Assembly (NCBI GenBank): GCA_002633005.1
Contig: NMRA01000358.1
Span: 373,213 to 437,212 of the forward strand
Source of the DNA: Phoronis australis
Taxonomy: Eukaryota; Animalia; Phoronida
Direction: 5' to 3'
DNA length: 64,000 nucleotides
The position numbers and the translations under genes are program-made. Positions 36,816 to 50,812 of this stretch are shown one piece after another (within the stretch, counting starts at the first letter, position 1; each line of letters opens with the position of its first letter). The notes beneath the pieces were generated by a model. It ran no database searches. It was given only the letters and a program-made list of their open reading frames with translations, and was not told where the DNA came from.

Positions 36816-39800
36816 TAGGCCATAGTCCCAGCTCTCCTATCTTTGACCTCCATGGCTACTTTCTGGGGGCAACGGGAACTTTGAATTATACCAATCTACA
36901 GATGTTCAAAAGTAAATTTCAAGAATACACTTGCACGTTTAGTAATAATTTTAATTTAAAAGTTAGAAAAATGTAACCTCAACTAATATGTTAGCCACCA
37001 GGTGTCAGTGCAAAATGATTCGAACAGCCAATCAAATGCCAGGAAAGTATTGTGTCCATACCTTTCCCCTTCAAAAGTCGTCTGCTTGGCATGAAAACAT
37101 TCATCAGAGGACAGTCAGCTGATGTTATCCTGCTGACTTAGCTAGCCTGTTTACTACTACTAACTACATTATATAGTATTTATTCATGGATGAGTGCGCA
37201 AGTAATAGGCAATTACCAAGGGCCAAGGCTCAAAAAACAGCAGGCAGCAGTTAGGAATTGAGGGACGACAAATCAAGTGGCCACGAGTGTTATCGTACTG
37301 AAACATGTCTTGGCACATCCCTGAATCATTTTTTGTTTCACAGACAGAAATTTTGGGACAGCTAGGACTCTGCTAAAACCATGAATTCTTGAACGAGTGG
37401 GCGATATCACAATAGACTGGCAAGATGTCTGCGGTGTTTTGCATTCATGTGTCGGGTTCTGCTCGAATTTTTGAGCTGGAATTTTCAGATATTACCTGGT
37501 CTAAGACTATTTCAAACAAACGTATCAACATTGAGTGCAAGAGAAGATCATTGCCGATAAGTTTTTAAGTTTTTGTGAAAAAACAGAGCTCTTGTCATAC
37601 GCGCACCCAAAGGTGGGGGCCTCGGGGGCTTGAACGAGCCTCGGGACCCAATTGGTAAAGTAGGTAAAAAGGTCTGCCTCAGAGAAACAAAAACTCCGAA
37701 AAAGTAGAAAACGAGACAAAAATTCACTAAAAAGGTAGGAACTACCAAAATTCGGCCAACCCACAATTCGTAGCTCTGAAGTATCCCGTGAATCTTAATA
37801 CAAATGTCCACGTTCTCAAAAACTCGAGCCCCCCATTTTAGGCTTGGTGCGCGCATGCTTCTATCATAAGCAGTGTTACAGGCACTTAAGGGATGTAACA
37901 AAATTGAAAGAGCTCTTAAAAAAGCAAAAGGCCAAGCTGATGATGGAAATAATGTTGAGCCCACTAGAACATTAAGGAGATTGTCACTGTCAGTTACATG
38001 TACATTTAACAGTGCTCAAAAAAAAATGGCCTACCGTATATGTCTTGCCACCACAATGAACCATTTGCCACAAATCAAATTTCATCACAGAGAACTTCAC
38101 AAACAAAAGAAAAGTTGAAAACCTATCCCAGTTCCAAACATTCAATTGTAAATAGGCCTACATATTCTTAATTTGTGTCATTTATGGTAAATAATCTTTA
38201 GTTTAGGTCACAGAACAAACATTATGTTGCTTGATAAAATTGAAGTAATAGTCGTCTCAATCTCAGATGTACTGACAGTAGTTTTACCTACATGTGAGTG
38301 ATCAGCACTGCTTTTTATGAACTTCTAAGCCTATTTTGAGACCCTTTTATGTAAAATCATGAGCAGTGTTTGGAATTTGAGAAATATAAAAATGGATATA
38401 TTGCCTGTGTTCTGTAATTCATTTATCTTGAAAATTCAAATGTTGAGCAGATTTAAAAATCTCACATTTTGAAGATTCTTGAATTGGAGATTTGCGAAGG
38501 AAAATTTTTACTCTTCCAGTTATGTGCTATTTAAAACAGGAAGCGTCAAATGAAATTTTAGCTCTACAGTAAAGAAGGCGCTTTTCAATTTCAAACAAAA
38601 ACTATTGCCAACATGACCATTCCTCTTTTTTGAAAGGCTGAACTACTGTTTTAAGGATGATAAAATGTTTCTATTAGTATGTTTTAAATTGTTCGAAGGC
38701 AGCTGCACAGTGCAATCACTGCTAGTAACGATGCTCATTTCTCTTAATGCTTATTTTTACTGAGCACTTAGACAAAGTGAAATTTCATTGTTGGCCGTAC
38801 TGTGTGCTAAAGTGAAAAGCATTTTGGTTATCTATTTCTGTTAAATAGGATTACTGTAACAGGTTGTCAAAACTTTTTTTGGTATGGTGCAGGCTTGCAG
38901 AGATAATTTTTAACTTTGTCTTTTCCATTAAAGTTGGGCTCAAAATTTGCATATCCTGGTTAACTCGTGGAAGACACTAAACCGTCTGTATGCAAGCTGT
39001 ACGGCGAGTCATCATCAGTTAACAAAGCCCGCTACCACATATTCAGGTTGGAATCTGTGATCTGCCTCCTTATCATGATTGTTTGCTGTTACATGGTAAA
39101 AGAGCAAACTACCAGTGTGTCATTCGCAAACGAGCCATGCAACATCATGTCAGTGTACCATCTCCAGTTGTTAATGGGTGGCTTTGGAGCGGGGTAGTCT
39201 GAAGCTCCACTGGATGACTCTGCCTTTAGCCCCAGAAAATGCCATGAAAAATGTTAATGGCAAGTGTAAAAGAAGTGGTTGTAGTAAAAAATAATTATGT
39301 TCTTGTTTGAAGTGAGAAATGCCATGTTATAAGTTGTGTGACTGTCCAGACTTTGTGAACACGGTGTCTCGGCAAAAAAACAACTTTTGATGACAATAAT
39401 GGTGATATAAATGATGATGGAGTGGATGAAGAAACATACTTAGTGAATTCTAGGTTGTTAAAGAATTTTAAATTTTCAACCTAATGGAAAATATTGACAA
39501 CATTTAATCATGCTGGTGACTGTGGGGACTGTTGGGTGTATTGTTCCCTGTGACAGTTGACAGTGAACAGCAGTGTGGATAATGATAATTAATTGTGAAA
39601 ATTAATGAAAGTGAGGATAGTGGATTTGTCGCAGAAGTGTTGGAAATGTATATTGCTCCTATGTAGGTTGTGATATCAAGTCTTCATCAAGTTCCATCCA
39701 AATGGTTAACAGTATTTGTTCTTTTGGCAGATCAGAATATAGTAGTATGTTTTCTGGCCAACAGGAGGCGCTGCTAAAATATTTCTTTTTCTCTTTTTTG

Positions 39801-40132
39801 AGCAATTTTCCACCTAATATCACAATATATATAAATATATATCACTTTTCTTGTTCAGTAACTTCAAATGAACAAATCCCAATCAAATAATAATTCAGTT
39901 TTTGTCTAGTGTTGTTGGTTTTTGAAGATTGGTTTTCTGTGCCAAATTATGCAAAAAGTCAGATATTTTAGGTCAAATTTCTCGAAAAAGTACAAGTCAA
40001 ACCTTGGGAAAATTTTAGATTCTTAAAGTATAGTACTTAACGACCTTAAAACAACAAAATTATCTTGCCCCCCAAAAAGTAGCCATGGAAGTGATTTGCT
40101 AGGCTTCCTACAGTCGAATGGACTATGGCCTG
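36816..40132 (+). mobile_element. Academ-like non-autonomous DNA transposon, copy 1 (~3.3 kb)
   Basis: TIRs TAGGCCATAGTCC / GGACTATGGCCTG and a 3-bp TSD TGA. Decayed transposase C-terminus at ~38970-39360: VCKLYG...VNKARYHIF, LPP, KRANYQC, PSP...GW, WMTLPLAP, KCKRSGC. Confidence 0.88.
37596..37857. mobile_element. CATGCG-family MITE nested in Academ-like copy 1
   Basis: CATACGCGCACCCA...TTGGTGCGCGCATG, flanks CTTGT/CTTCT. Confidence 0.8.
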
Positions 40133-40326
40133 TGAATGAATCAGTTGGAAATTCATAGTGCAAACTCTCGCGGCTAGTCTCGGGGACGAAAGGTCTAATA
40201 ATACAAGACAGATGTCACGTGCGGGAGCTGGCATTCCAGGGCTAGAGTTATATGATAAAATCCAACTGGGCCCAACGAATTGGCAAAAGTTTTATCATGG
40301 CAGCATGTTATGTATGTTTCTTTCAG

Positions 40327-40436
40327 GAGTGGCATGACGAATACATGGTGTGGGACCCAGCCGATTTTGGTGGTCTCCGGCATATAATGATACCAGCTAA
40401 TGAGTTATGGCATTCTGATACTACTCTCTATAACAG
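40327..40436 (+). CDS. nAChR alpha-type subunit, 110-nt exon (loop A): EWHDEYMVWDPADFGGLRHIMIPANELWHSDTTLYN(S)
   Basis: tttcag acceptor and gtgggt donor; phase 0 to 2. Contains the WxDxxxxWDP...W.xD..LYN motif and has the canonical 110-nt length. Confidence 0.97.
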
Positions 40437-43402
40437 GTGGGTGATACCACATATTTATACGATCGACATGTATTGACTGCTGTGCAATCAACCTTTCTAA
40501 AAATCCATAGAAAAAACGTTTTTCCTGATTGAATATTGCCGTTCAATAGCAGTACAGGATTCTGGGTCTCATGGATGTCGCGAAACTTAGACACGAGTCT
40601 CTTAAAAAAAAACGATGCTACAGACATAAGGTTCACAATTTTCATGTTTCAATTAAAAATGATGTCTCAGTTGCTCCTGTAATGGTTCGCTGCTGGCCAC
40701 AACACGCCTGGCTACCACCTAGCGGGACGCAGGGAACCAGCGAGCCTGTCCGTATCACGTGACCGATCTTTGCCACTATACATGTATAGTCAACACTGTG
40801 ACTGTTGTTTCTTGTATGGCTGGACTGGCGCTTCCAGCGCTTTGAGCTACCACACTTAAGCGACTCAGTTTTGGACCAGCCAACCGTGAGTGAATGTACA
40901 TGTAACATGTCCCTGTTCAAGGCCAGTGACGCGTATTCCTTTCTTGAATCTGAGTTGCTTGAAAGCGTTTTCACAAATCAAAGTGCCGTTAAGAGAAAGC
41001 ATTGTAATCGTCAGCAAATCACAGGACCCAAACTGTCGCTTAGAATGAAATACGAAAACCTGTTGTCAGTTGCCGTTCAGAACCCCTTACTCACAGTTCT
41101 TTTCCGCGACTCGTGTGTTACATGGTTATTACTCGTCTTTGACGTTTGGTAAAATGTTTTCAAAATTCAAGACTTTAATGCACTTCCGTGGAACTAGATA
41201 GCCTCATTAAACTTGGTGAACGAATTAAAAGCCGGAGATACAAGCAGCGCTGAACATATCGTTATTTTGATTTTAGCAAAATGTCGCTCTTTTGTTACTG
41301 AAACTGGAGCTAAAGTTATTTATCGTAATCAATTTTGCCCGGGGTACGCCACGAGCTATGTTGCAGAGTAAAACAAGAGGAGAATTGCAAATAATGTCAT
41401 TTATTATGAAAAGATATCAGTTAACGGTAATCTGTTTCTGCTACAAAAACGATGAATCAGTTCTTGCCAAAACGCATTGTGCGTTTCAATAATCTTTTAA
41501 AGGGTTTCGGCACATTTTGAAGTCGTTGTTTTACGACATTGGTTAAATGGTAATAGATAGTCGCCTAAATAAGGGGCATCAAACTGCAGGTCCTCTGTAA
41601 GTGACAAATATATAACGTGTAAAACATTCGATTGTTTTTAAGATGTTATTTAATCTAAAAAGTAATCATTTTTTATGTTCGTTTTTTGTTAATGTGGTGT
41701 TAAATAATAGCGCGTGACATCAAATCAAATTTCACAAAGCTGAGAATGGACATACAAATGATAATGTATATGAACACACGTGAGGACATTTTATGCGAAT
41801 TTTTTGCGGCAAATTCAAATTTATGAAAGAAAAACTTCCCGTTTTAGTTTACTCACCCCAATTACGTTCACCATTGAAATCTGCGCGCTTTTGAGACATT
41901 CCAATTGCGCTGTTTTATGTGACGATTTTTGACATAAAATTGCTCAACAACTAAATTGGTGTTTTCTTTATTTTAAGAGAGGAATCCAAATTTTGGGAAT
42001 AAATATCACTTGAATGCAAAAATTGCGGAACTTTTGATTTCCCAAATTTCGCGTAATTTATTCCATAAAAATCAAGCACGTGAAAAAATTGGAGATACGC
42101 ATAAGCATTCCCGCCCATTAGTACGAATCTATCCTGTAAATTTCCACTTCCGGTGGACTCACTTTGGAAGATCTTTTCTCAAACATTCACTGAAACATAC
42201 AAGTGACAAAGGCTTGAAATGATACAAAAAATACGGAATATTTTTCAAGTTTCGCATTTATAACTATTTGAATTCTGTAAAAAGAGGACCCGTATCCGGA
42301 CACTTTGGGACTTTTTCATGAACAAAATATAAGAAGAAACGAAAATATGTTGTTTTGTGTCACCAGTGATGCAGGCATACCTTATTTACATGGAGTTTAG
42401 AAATTGGAATCTGGACCTTCTGTAGTTATCGCTGTCTATTGCAGTAAATTGAACATATTTATCAAATTACCGAATTGTGTCTGAGAGTGAACATCGTCAG
42501 CAAACAAAATGAAGTTATTTTCCAAATTATTTGGTCAAAATGAATTAAAAATGTATATTGTCAATAAAATAAGTCTATACCATTGCTTTTAGTACTTGTT
42601 TAAATTAAAACTGATTGGAAACGTCTTCTCAGTAACTGAAGAAAGACTGCAGTCTAAAACTGTATAAAATCAAAATTGGGCCAAACAGGTTGGACGCTGG
42701 CTCGCGCAGGAACGCTGGGACGTTCAAATGATGTGTTTGGTTTTGACTGAAATCCAATTTTAAAACTTTTGTGGAGTTATAAATTGGGACCACGTCCTTC
42801 AAGTGTTCGGTTCAGGATTGTCCGGATAAGGATATTCTTCGTACCGGCAGTGCTGTTTTTTTACTCACGTCGAGGATAGCTTTTGTACGAAAGAACGTGC
42901 CACGTGATTTTTGTTCATGACTAAAGTGCAATGTATTTACTATGTTGTACACAAATACGTTTACAGAAATAATTATGAAAGCGACTATAAGGGACTGTTC
43001 CTCACAAAAACTAACTTTTGATTTGGACAAGCTCACCGTTAAAAACTAGTAAATGAAAACTGCGTCGAACCCCTCTAACGACAAGAATTCGCATAGTTTA
43101 TGCGTAAAAGGATGTTCCCTGACGCACTCCCAGACGTAGTCCTATTAATTCTGAATGGTGGTAGCAGTGTATATTGATTTTTAACAAGCAGTGTCCAAAA
43201 TTGAACGCCCTCTTGCGACAATAACATGATGCTGCATTAGTATTACGGACACAAAGTTGACCAAACGCTTTCGACACTTGTTACTCTCAAAAGCAGTTAC
43301 AGGGTTTTGCTATATGAAATTTGTTGACATTTGTTACAGACACCAAAAGAGTTGCTGCTGTGGAATCCTGCGTTTCTCCGTTTTCTGGACGCTCGAAACA
43401 TT

Positions 43403-46400
43403 TAGGGCCATAGTCCATTCGACTCTAGGAAGCCTAGAAAATCACTTCCGTGGCCACTTTTTGGGGGCAAGATAATTTTGGTGTTTTTAAGGTTATTAAG
43501 TAGCATACTTTAAGAATCTAAAAAGTTCCCAAAGTTTGACTTGCACATTTTCGAGAAATTTTACCTCAAAAATCTGACTTTTTGCAAAATTTGACACAGA
43601 AAACAAATCTTCAAAAACCAAAAACACTAAACAAAAACTGAATAATAATCTGATTGGGTTTTGTTCATTTGAAGTTATTCAACAAGGAAAGTGATAAATA
43701 TTATGGCATTAGGTGGAAAATTGCTCAAAAAAGAGAAAAACTATAATTTTAGCAGCGCCTCCTGTTGGCCAGAAAACATACTTCTATATTCTGAACTCCT
43801 ACAAAAAGAATTATTTTGTTAACCCTTTGTAACTTGATAAAGCTTTGACATCACAACCTACATGTGAACAACATACATTTCCAATGCTTCTGCAACAAAT
43901 TTTCTGTCATCAATTTCATCGTCATAATTAATTAACATTATCCCACAGTGCAGTTCACTGTCAACCTGTCACAGGGAACGACACACCGAGCAGTGTCAGT
44001 CATGAGCATGATAAAATGTCCATATTTTCCATTAGGTTGAAAATTCAAAATTCTTTAATAACATACCATACACTTATTATGATTTTTCATCATCATTTAT
44101 ATCATCATTATTGTTATCAAAAGTTGTTTTTTGACTGAGATACCGTGTTCACACAGACTGGACAGTCACACAACTTAGAACATGGCATGCCCGACTTCAA
44201 ACAAGAGCACATTTGTTTTACTACAACCACTTCTTTTACACTTGCCATTAACATTTTTCATGGCATTTTCTGGGGCTAAAGGCAGAGCCATCGAGTGGAG
44301 CATCAGACTACCCCGCTCCAAAAGCCACCCATTAGCAACTGGAGATGGTGCACTGACATGCAGTTGCAAGGCTTGTTTGTGAATGACACACTGGTAGTTT
44401 GCTCTTTTAGCATGTACCAGCAAACAATCATGATGAGGAGGCAGATGACAGATTCCAACAGGAATATGTGGTAGCGGGTTTTGTTAACTGATGATGACTC
44501 GCCGTACAGCTTGCATACAGACGGTTCAATGTCTTCCAGGAAACACAAATTTTGAGCCCAACTTTAATAGCAAAGACAAAGTTATAAAAATATCTCTGCA
44601 AGCCTGCAGCCTATCCAAAATAAAAAAAGTTTTAACAACCTGAGTACCGTTTTATCTAAACACCTTGTTAAGTAATCCTATTTAACTGAAATAGATAACC
44701 AAAATAATCACTTTAGCACACAGTATGGCCAGCAACTGAATATTCATATTGTATAAGTGCTCAGCAAAAATAAGCATTAAGATAAATGGTCATCATTACT
44801 ACCATTGATTGCACTGTGCAGCTGCCTTCAAACAATTTAAAACATAGAAACATTTTATCATCCTTAATGCAGCAGTTCAGCCTTTGAAAAATAGAGGAAT
44901 GTTCATGTTGGCAATAGTTTTTGTTTGAAATTGAAAAGCGTCTTCTTTACCGTAGAGCTAAAATTTCATGTGATGCAGCCTGTTTCAAATAGCACATAAT
45001 TGGAAGAGTAAACATTTTCCTTAGATAAAAACTCCAATTCAAGAATCTTCAAAATGTGAGATACTGAAATCTGCGCAACATTTGAATTTTCAAGATGAAT
45101 AAATTACAGAACACGGACAATATTTCCATTTTTATATTTCTCAAATTCCAATCACTGTTCGTGATTTTATATAAAAGGATAACAAAATAGGCTTAGAAGT
45201 CCATAAAAAGCAGTCACACTGTGCTGATCACTCACATATAGGTGAAAACTACTGCCAGTACATTTGAGACCACTAATACTACAAATTTATCAAGCAAAAA
45301 TTTTTGTTCTGTGACCTAAACTGAAGATTATTTACCATAAATGACACTTTTTCAAATCAAGAATAGATAGGCGTATTTACAATTGAATGTTTGAAACTGT
45401 GATAGGTTTTCAACTTTTTTGTTTGTGAAGTTCCCCTGTGATGAAATTTGATTTGTGGCAAATGGTTCATTGTGGTGGCAAGACATATAAGGTATATTTC
45501 TTTGGGCACTGTTAAATGTACATGTAACTGACTAGTGGGCTCAAAATTATTTCCATCATCAGCTTGGCGCTTTTCTTTTTTAAGAGCTCTTTCAATTTTT
45601 GTTACATCCGTTAAGTTTCGGTAACACTGCTTGTGATAGAAGCATGCGTGCACCAAGCTTAAAAATGGGGGGCTCGAGTTTTTGAGAATGTGGACATTTA
45701 TTAAGATTCACGGGGTACTTCAGAGCTACGAATTGTCGTCGCCGAATTTTGGTAGTTCTGCCTTTTTGTGAACTTTTGTCTCGTTTTCTACTTTTTCGGA
45801 GTCTTTGTTTCTCTGAGGCAGACCTTTTTACCTACTTTACCAATTGGGTCCCGAGGCTCGTTCAAGCCCCCCGAGGCCCCCACCTCTGGGTGCGCGTATG
45901 ACAAGAGCTCTGTTTTTTCACAAAAACGTAAAAGCTTATCAGCAATGATACTTCTCTTGCAGTCAATGTTGATACGTATGTTTGCAGTAGCCTTAGATCA
46001 GGTAATAACCGAAAATTCCAGCTCAGAAATTTGAGCAGAAGCTGACACATGAATGCAAAAAGGGGCAGACATCTTGCCAGTCTATTGTGAAGTCGCACAC
46101 TCGTTCAATAATTCATGGTTTTAGCAGAGTCCTAGCTGTCCCAAAACTGTTCTTTGCGAAACACAAAATGATTCAGGAATGTGCCAAGAATTGTTTCAGT
46201 ACAATGATACTCGTGGCCACTTGATTTGGCTTTCCTCTATTCCTAACTGCTGCCTGCTGGTTTTTGAGCCTTGACCCTTGGTAATTGCCTATTACTTGCA
46301 CACCCATCCAAGAATTAATACTATCCAATGTAGTCAGTAGCAGTAAACAAGCTAGCTAAGCCAGCAGGATAACATCAGCTGACTGTCCTCTGATGAATGT

Positions 46401-46686
46401 TTTCATGCCAAGCATACGACTTTTGAAGGGGAAAGGTATAGACACAATACTTTCCTGGCATTTGATTGGTTGTTTGGATCATTTTGCACTGACACTTGGT
46501 GGCTAACATGTTAGTTGAGGTTATATTTTTCCAACTTTTAAATTAAAATTCCTACTAAACGTGCAAGTGAGTTGTTGGGAATTTTTTTGAAATTGACTTT
46601 TGAATATCTGTAGATGAGTTTAATGCAAAGTTCCCGTTGCCCCCAGAAAGTGGCCATGGAGGTGAAAGATAGCTGGGTATGGCCTA
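43403..46686 (-). mobile_element. Academ-like non-autonomous DNA transposon, copy 2 (inverted relative to 36816-40132)
   Basis: Reverse-complement homology to copy 1 at both ends and at the internal segments compared. Ends TAGGGCCATAGTCC / GGGTATGGCCTA. Same transposase relic (ORFs 44175-44548) and same nested MITE (45643-45900). Confidence 0.9.
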
Positions 46687-48229
46687 TTTTACTTGAATGT
46701 CACACATTTTCGCATTGCTTTCTCATTAACCAAATTTTTAACAAGTACTTTTGATTTATTGTGAGTTACGTAGAAACCGATGGGAATCAGCAGGAGCCAA
46801 ATGTCAGTAACCGTACTGAGCTATTATCTCCATGAGTCCGACCAAAATATGTCTCCTTCATTGCATGTTAGACTCCAGAAATACACGAGTCCACGGTTTC
46901 GTCTTCCCTCTGTAAACAAACCAATTCACGCACGATTCCAAAGTAACTGGACTGGAGAGTAAGAGCTTTTGGCCCCTATAGTTTGGAAAGATAACGACTA
47001 AGTTGTCAAAAGGTTCGCCATTGTGCCAGTCTCAAAATATATCCAGCATCATCACAAATTCATTTTTACTGAGAACCACCTTTGCTCGGTTTAGGTGCGT
47101 ATTTAAAATGCCAATAATTTTAGTATTACTTTCTTAAGTAGCACGGTCGGCTACGCTTTCGCACATTCCACGTCAAGGATAGCATTTCATAGCGTTAGTT
47201 AGTCCTCGATTAATAAACCCAAATTACTCAATTTATTGCAGTTAAAGCCTTGTTTCCATTACGGTGCTGTACGTCGTTGCTATAGCCGATCACCCCGGCG
47301 TCAGCTGACCAACAAAACCGAAAAACCAAGGATAAAAACTAACTTGATGGATAATTTGTACACTTCAGTGTTCAAAACCCAGCAATACTCATGGATTGAT
47401 GGATTGATGAAACAACTGTATTGCCTAGTGATCTTTGCTACCTATTCGCTATTGTAAGAGACTTCAACATCATATTTTCGGACACCCATAGAGCGCAGTG
47501 TAAAAATTGGCTTGTTTACCCTACCGAACTCTCCACCGCGGATTGCGCGTGCTCAACGCGACACCCTGGGCTCGTGTATAGTACTTTGTCTTTGTGGCTT
47601 AATCATGAATAATGTTGTACAACTTTTTGTCTGTTCCCGCTCGACCATGCTGCAGCGCCGGGGATGGGTACGTTGCATGTTCTTGTTGCTTTGAATTTTA
47701 GCTTCTCTCCTCGAAAATTTTCTTTTTCTTATGCAACACTTTTATATCTCTAGTGGTGCTTTGCTCATCCGTTCTGGTTGTTCGCAATACTTTGATTTAA
47801 TGCTCACGCTGGCCACTTGGCTTTCATCATCCCAACAGCCACACCCGTTTCCCCCATGTCGGGGACACTGGTAATTGTAACAGTCGGAATTCTTAAGCAT
47901 ATCAGCTTATTTCAAAGCAGTAATATCTGCTCATGCGTATGACCTGTTATAGGGATGCTTACTACTGGTGAAGGGTAGAGTCTAAATGAAATGCAAATGT
48001 CTGTATACAGGCCCGTATACAAATTCCTCCAACAGTTCAGCATTCTTGTTAAAGGCAGTCGAGCGATTCTCATGAAATAAGTGAGGTGCTGGGACGGAAA
48101 GCACCGTTTCCAGTTGAAAGGTGCAAAACGTCGTCGTGCACATACACTGTAGCCAGTTAGAGTGCCAGCAGCTTCTGATTGTTTAGTGTGATCCAGTTAA
48201 TAACAGTTGTTGTGCAATTGAACCATTAA

Positions 48230-49872
48230 AGGAGAATGCCAGCCTAAAAACAACCTATTTTGTATCAATTTAGACCGAATAGTTCTACTCGATAACGGCA
48301 CGTTCGGTTGCGTTACCTGACACCTGACGGCAGACGGAGGTGTTGATATTATCCAGTGACGTCATTGGTTTCACACGCAGTCTGTTCAGCAGTTCACAAC
48401 ACGGGTTACTGGTGTCAGCTTATCGCTTGAATTAATCGTTGAACACCAAGCGATGTACTAACCCTTAAAAATACACCGAGTTCTTATAAAAACGTGTTGT
48501 TATATTTCGCTGTTACGGATTTATTGGTATTTGGACACACCGTAGCCTACAGAGTTCGGCAGGCCAATTTACCAAGGTCCATAGCAAGAGTTTAGGGTCT
48601 GTTCGGAGATAAATTCGAAATATTCTTCCGTGAAATACAGACATGAGAGCCTATAACTGTGTTGTTTAGACTTATGAAATTTTGAGTTCTAAACACGCAA
48701 AACGCTTGTTATCCCGACCAGTGGCTCGGAAGTCGATCAGGCCCGTCGCGGCCGCCGGGACTGGCACGAACATAAACCAGCTTGAGTTGGAAACTAAACC
48801 TCCAGTCACGAAAAGACTATAATAGTGAGCCAAAGAAAGAATGTAGATTAGCCACGAAACTGAAAATTTACTTACTTGTCGGGAGCCGCGCGGAAGTCGG
48901 GTTGCCCTTTCACAGACCATCAAGGCAAAGGTCGACAGTAGCAATGATTTGAATAATGTATTCGTATTTCTAAATAAAGATTCCCCTAACATGTGACTAT
49001 AGCATATAAAATCGAGTAATTGTTTCACAATAGCTTTCTGTCAGCAAACACTGAATTAGCTTGCGCTCACACGGCCTCGGTGCCCGGCCAGTTGCCTTTG
49101 TTGCTGACATCAAAAACCGGTAACGCAGTGGTTTATTCATTGCTGGCTTCTCAACATTTGCACTCACGAATACTGCAAAGACATTACAAGTTGTCTCTAA
49201 TGAGACAGACTTTGTTTCAGTTTTATATAAGCATTGGTTAGGATGAGAATAATTCATTTTGAAACAGAACGCAGAATAATAAACGTCAACATGACAACTC
49301 GTCCGGCGCCAATCTCGAATTAGTAGAGAGCTCGGAGTCATCCGACGAAGACTTCACCGGTGGAATCGTTAGGTTTCACAGGCTATCAATTCGAACCGGA
49401 ATACACTGATCAAGAAATACTAGCTAGAGAAGCGGCGTGAACATGCACAGGCAACGGAACGTATGGATAGTTCTTTGGTAAGCCGGAATTCGTCAGAGAA
49501 ATCACTGTCGACGAAATGACGGCCACAGACCAGGAGATGTTTCACGGCCTCATACTTACTATTGACAGCGTACCTTTCATTCTTCTCTACCGTGAACCAC
49601 TTCCTAAGCATTTCGGGCTCTCAAGAAAGTCGGAAAACGATATACCCGCTTTCTTCGCAGCTTCGTAGTTCGGACAAACGGGAACGATGCACCGCGATAT
49701 AGTGGCATTCACTCTGTAGACGTACCACTGACGTCCCTGCGTCGTTTCTCACCTTCTTCACAGGTTAACGCGACACATCTCGGCAAGGTGAGGTAGACCG
49801 TATAATAGGCGATGTGGATATGTACTGATTAAGACGGTAAAAAAGGCTAATTAACTTGGGTGGCATTCTCCT
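48230..49872. mobile_element. Kolobok-like non-autonomous DNA transposon (internally deleted)
   Basis: TTAA TSD on both sides and TIR AGGAGAATGCCA / TGGCATTCTCCT. Minus-strand THAP relic (CIVPVCPN...LRKW...LLVCGRHFVDSDF, ~49420-49710). Plus-strand acidic GYQFEPEY relic (~49290-49440). Confidence 0.88.
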
Positions 49873-50611
49873 TTAAAGTCCTGGTCTCATACGTTGTTAA
49901 GCCTTATTACGTGGTTAGAGGATGTTATAAGGATCCAAGAAGTACTTATCCCATAAACAATACACGATCCGTACTCGAAAAAAGTTTAAATGAACGCGCC
50001 ACTTACGATTTGCACCCGAAGAACCAACGCCATTTTGAACTAATCGCGGACCCGGAAGTACAATTCATTCAGGAACCCAGGCTAAGAAAACGCCGTCAGT
50101 GTGCATAGACGAGAGCTTGTTACCAGCCTGTAAACGGGGATAAAATAATTGACAATAATCAATTTTAATAAAATCAAAATACGGACAATTTTATCGAATT
50201 TGCTGAAGAAATGTGGCGAATAAGTTTGGACAGAAATTATTTTGCCGGACTCGGGACCGCAGTCTACCGGACCCTGTTCGGATCGAGACCAGACACTGGC
50301 GAACGGTAAAGGCATGCGGTTGCAAGCTGTTTTGTCAAAGTATTGTTCAAATCATAAATGCCGCATATGTTCAAAGGTAGTTTCAGACACTTGCATGAAA
50401 TTACGGGCTGGTTAGTCCTGTGTCACACTGCCGCGGCAGCCCTTAGCTAACCTCAGTGCCAGCTACCAGTATGAATACTAACTACAGCTTGTTAGTAGAC
50501 ATATACAGTTTTGCGTCAAGGCTACCCTTAGGCCTACCTTGTCGCTGGCCACAGCGCTCGCTCAAACGAGGTTTATTTAGAACTTGGATACTTCTAGCGA
50601 ACTGTGCAAAG

Positions 50612-50812
50612 TGAGCGCACCAAGCCTAAAAAATGGGGGCCTGGAATTTTTGGGAATGTCTACCTTTTATTATAAGATTCACTGGGTATGTTCAGAACTA
50701 TGAATTGTCCTGTCTCCTAGTGGAATATTGTCTCGTTTCTTGCTTCTCTGACTAAGGCAGACCTTTTTTTCCATTTCTCCAAATAGGGGGCTCGTTCGAG
50801 CACATAAGTATG
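50612..50812. mobile_element. degenerate CATGCG-family MITE fragment
   Basis: Shares GCACCAAGC..AAAAATGGGGG, TAAGATTCAC.GGGTA, GGCAGACCTTTTT and GGCTCGTTC with 45643-45900. Confidence 0.65.

Noticed and set aside
47236-47860. Harbinger-type element with a Myb/SANT-like relic (minus strand KAKWP...RTDEQ...KVLHKK)
   Set aside because: Similarity is too fragmentary and no matching second TIR was found.
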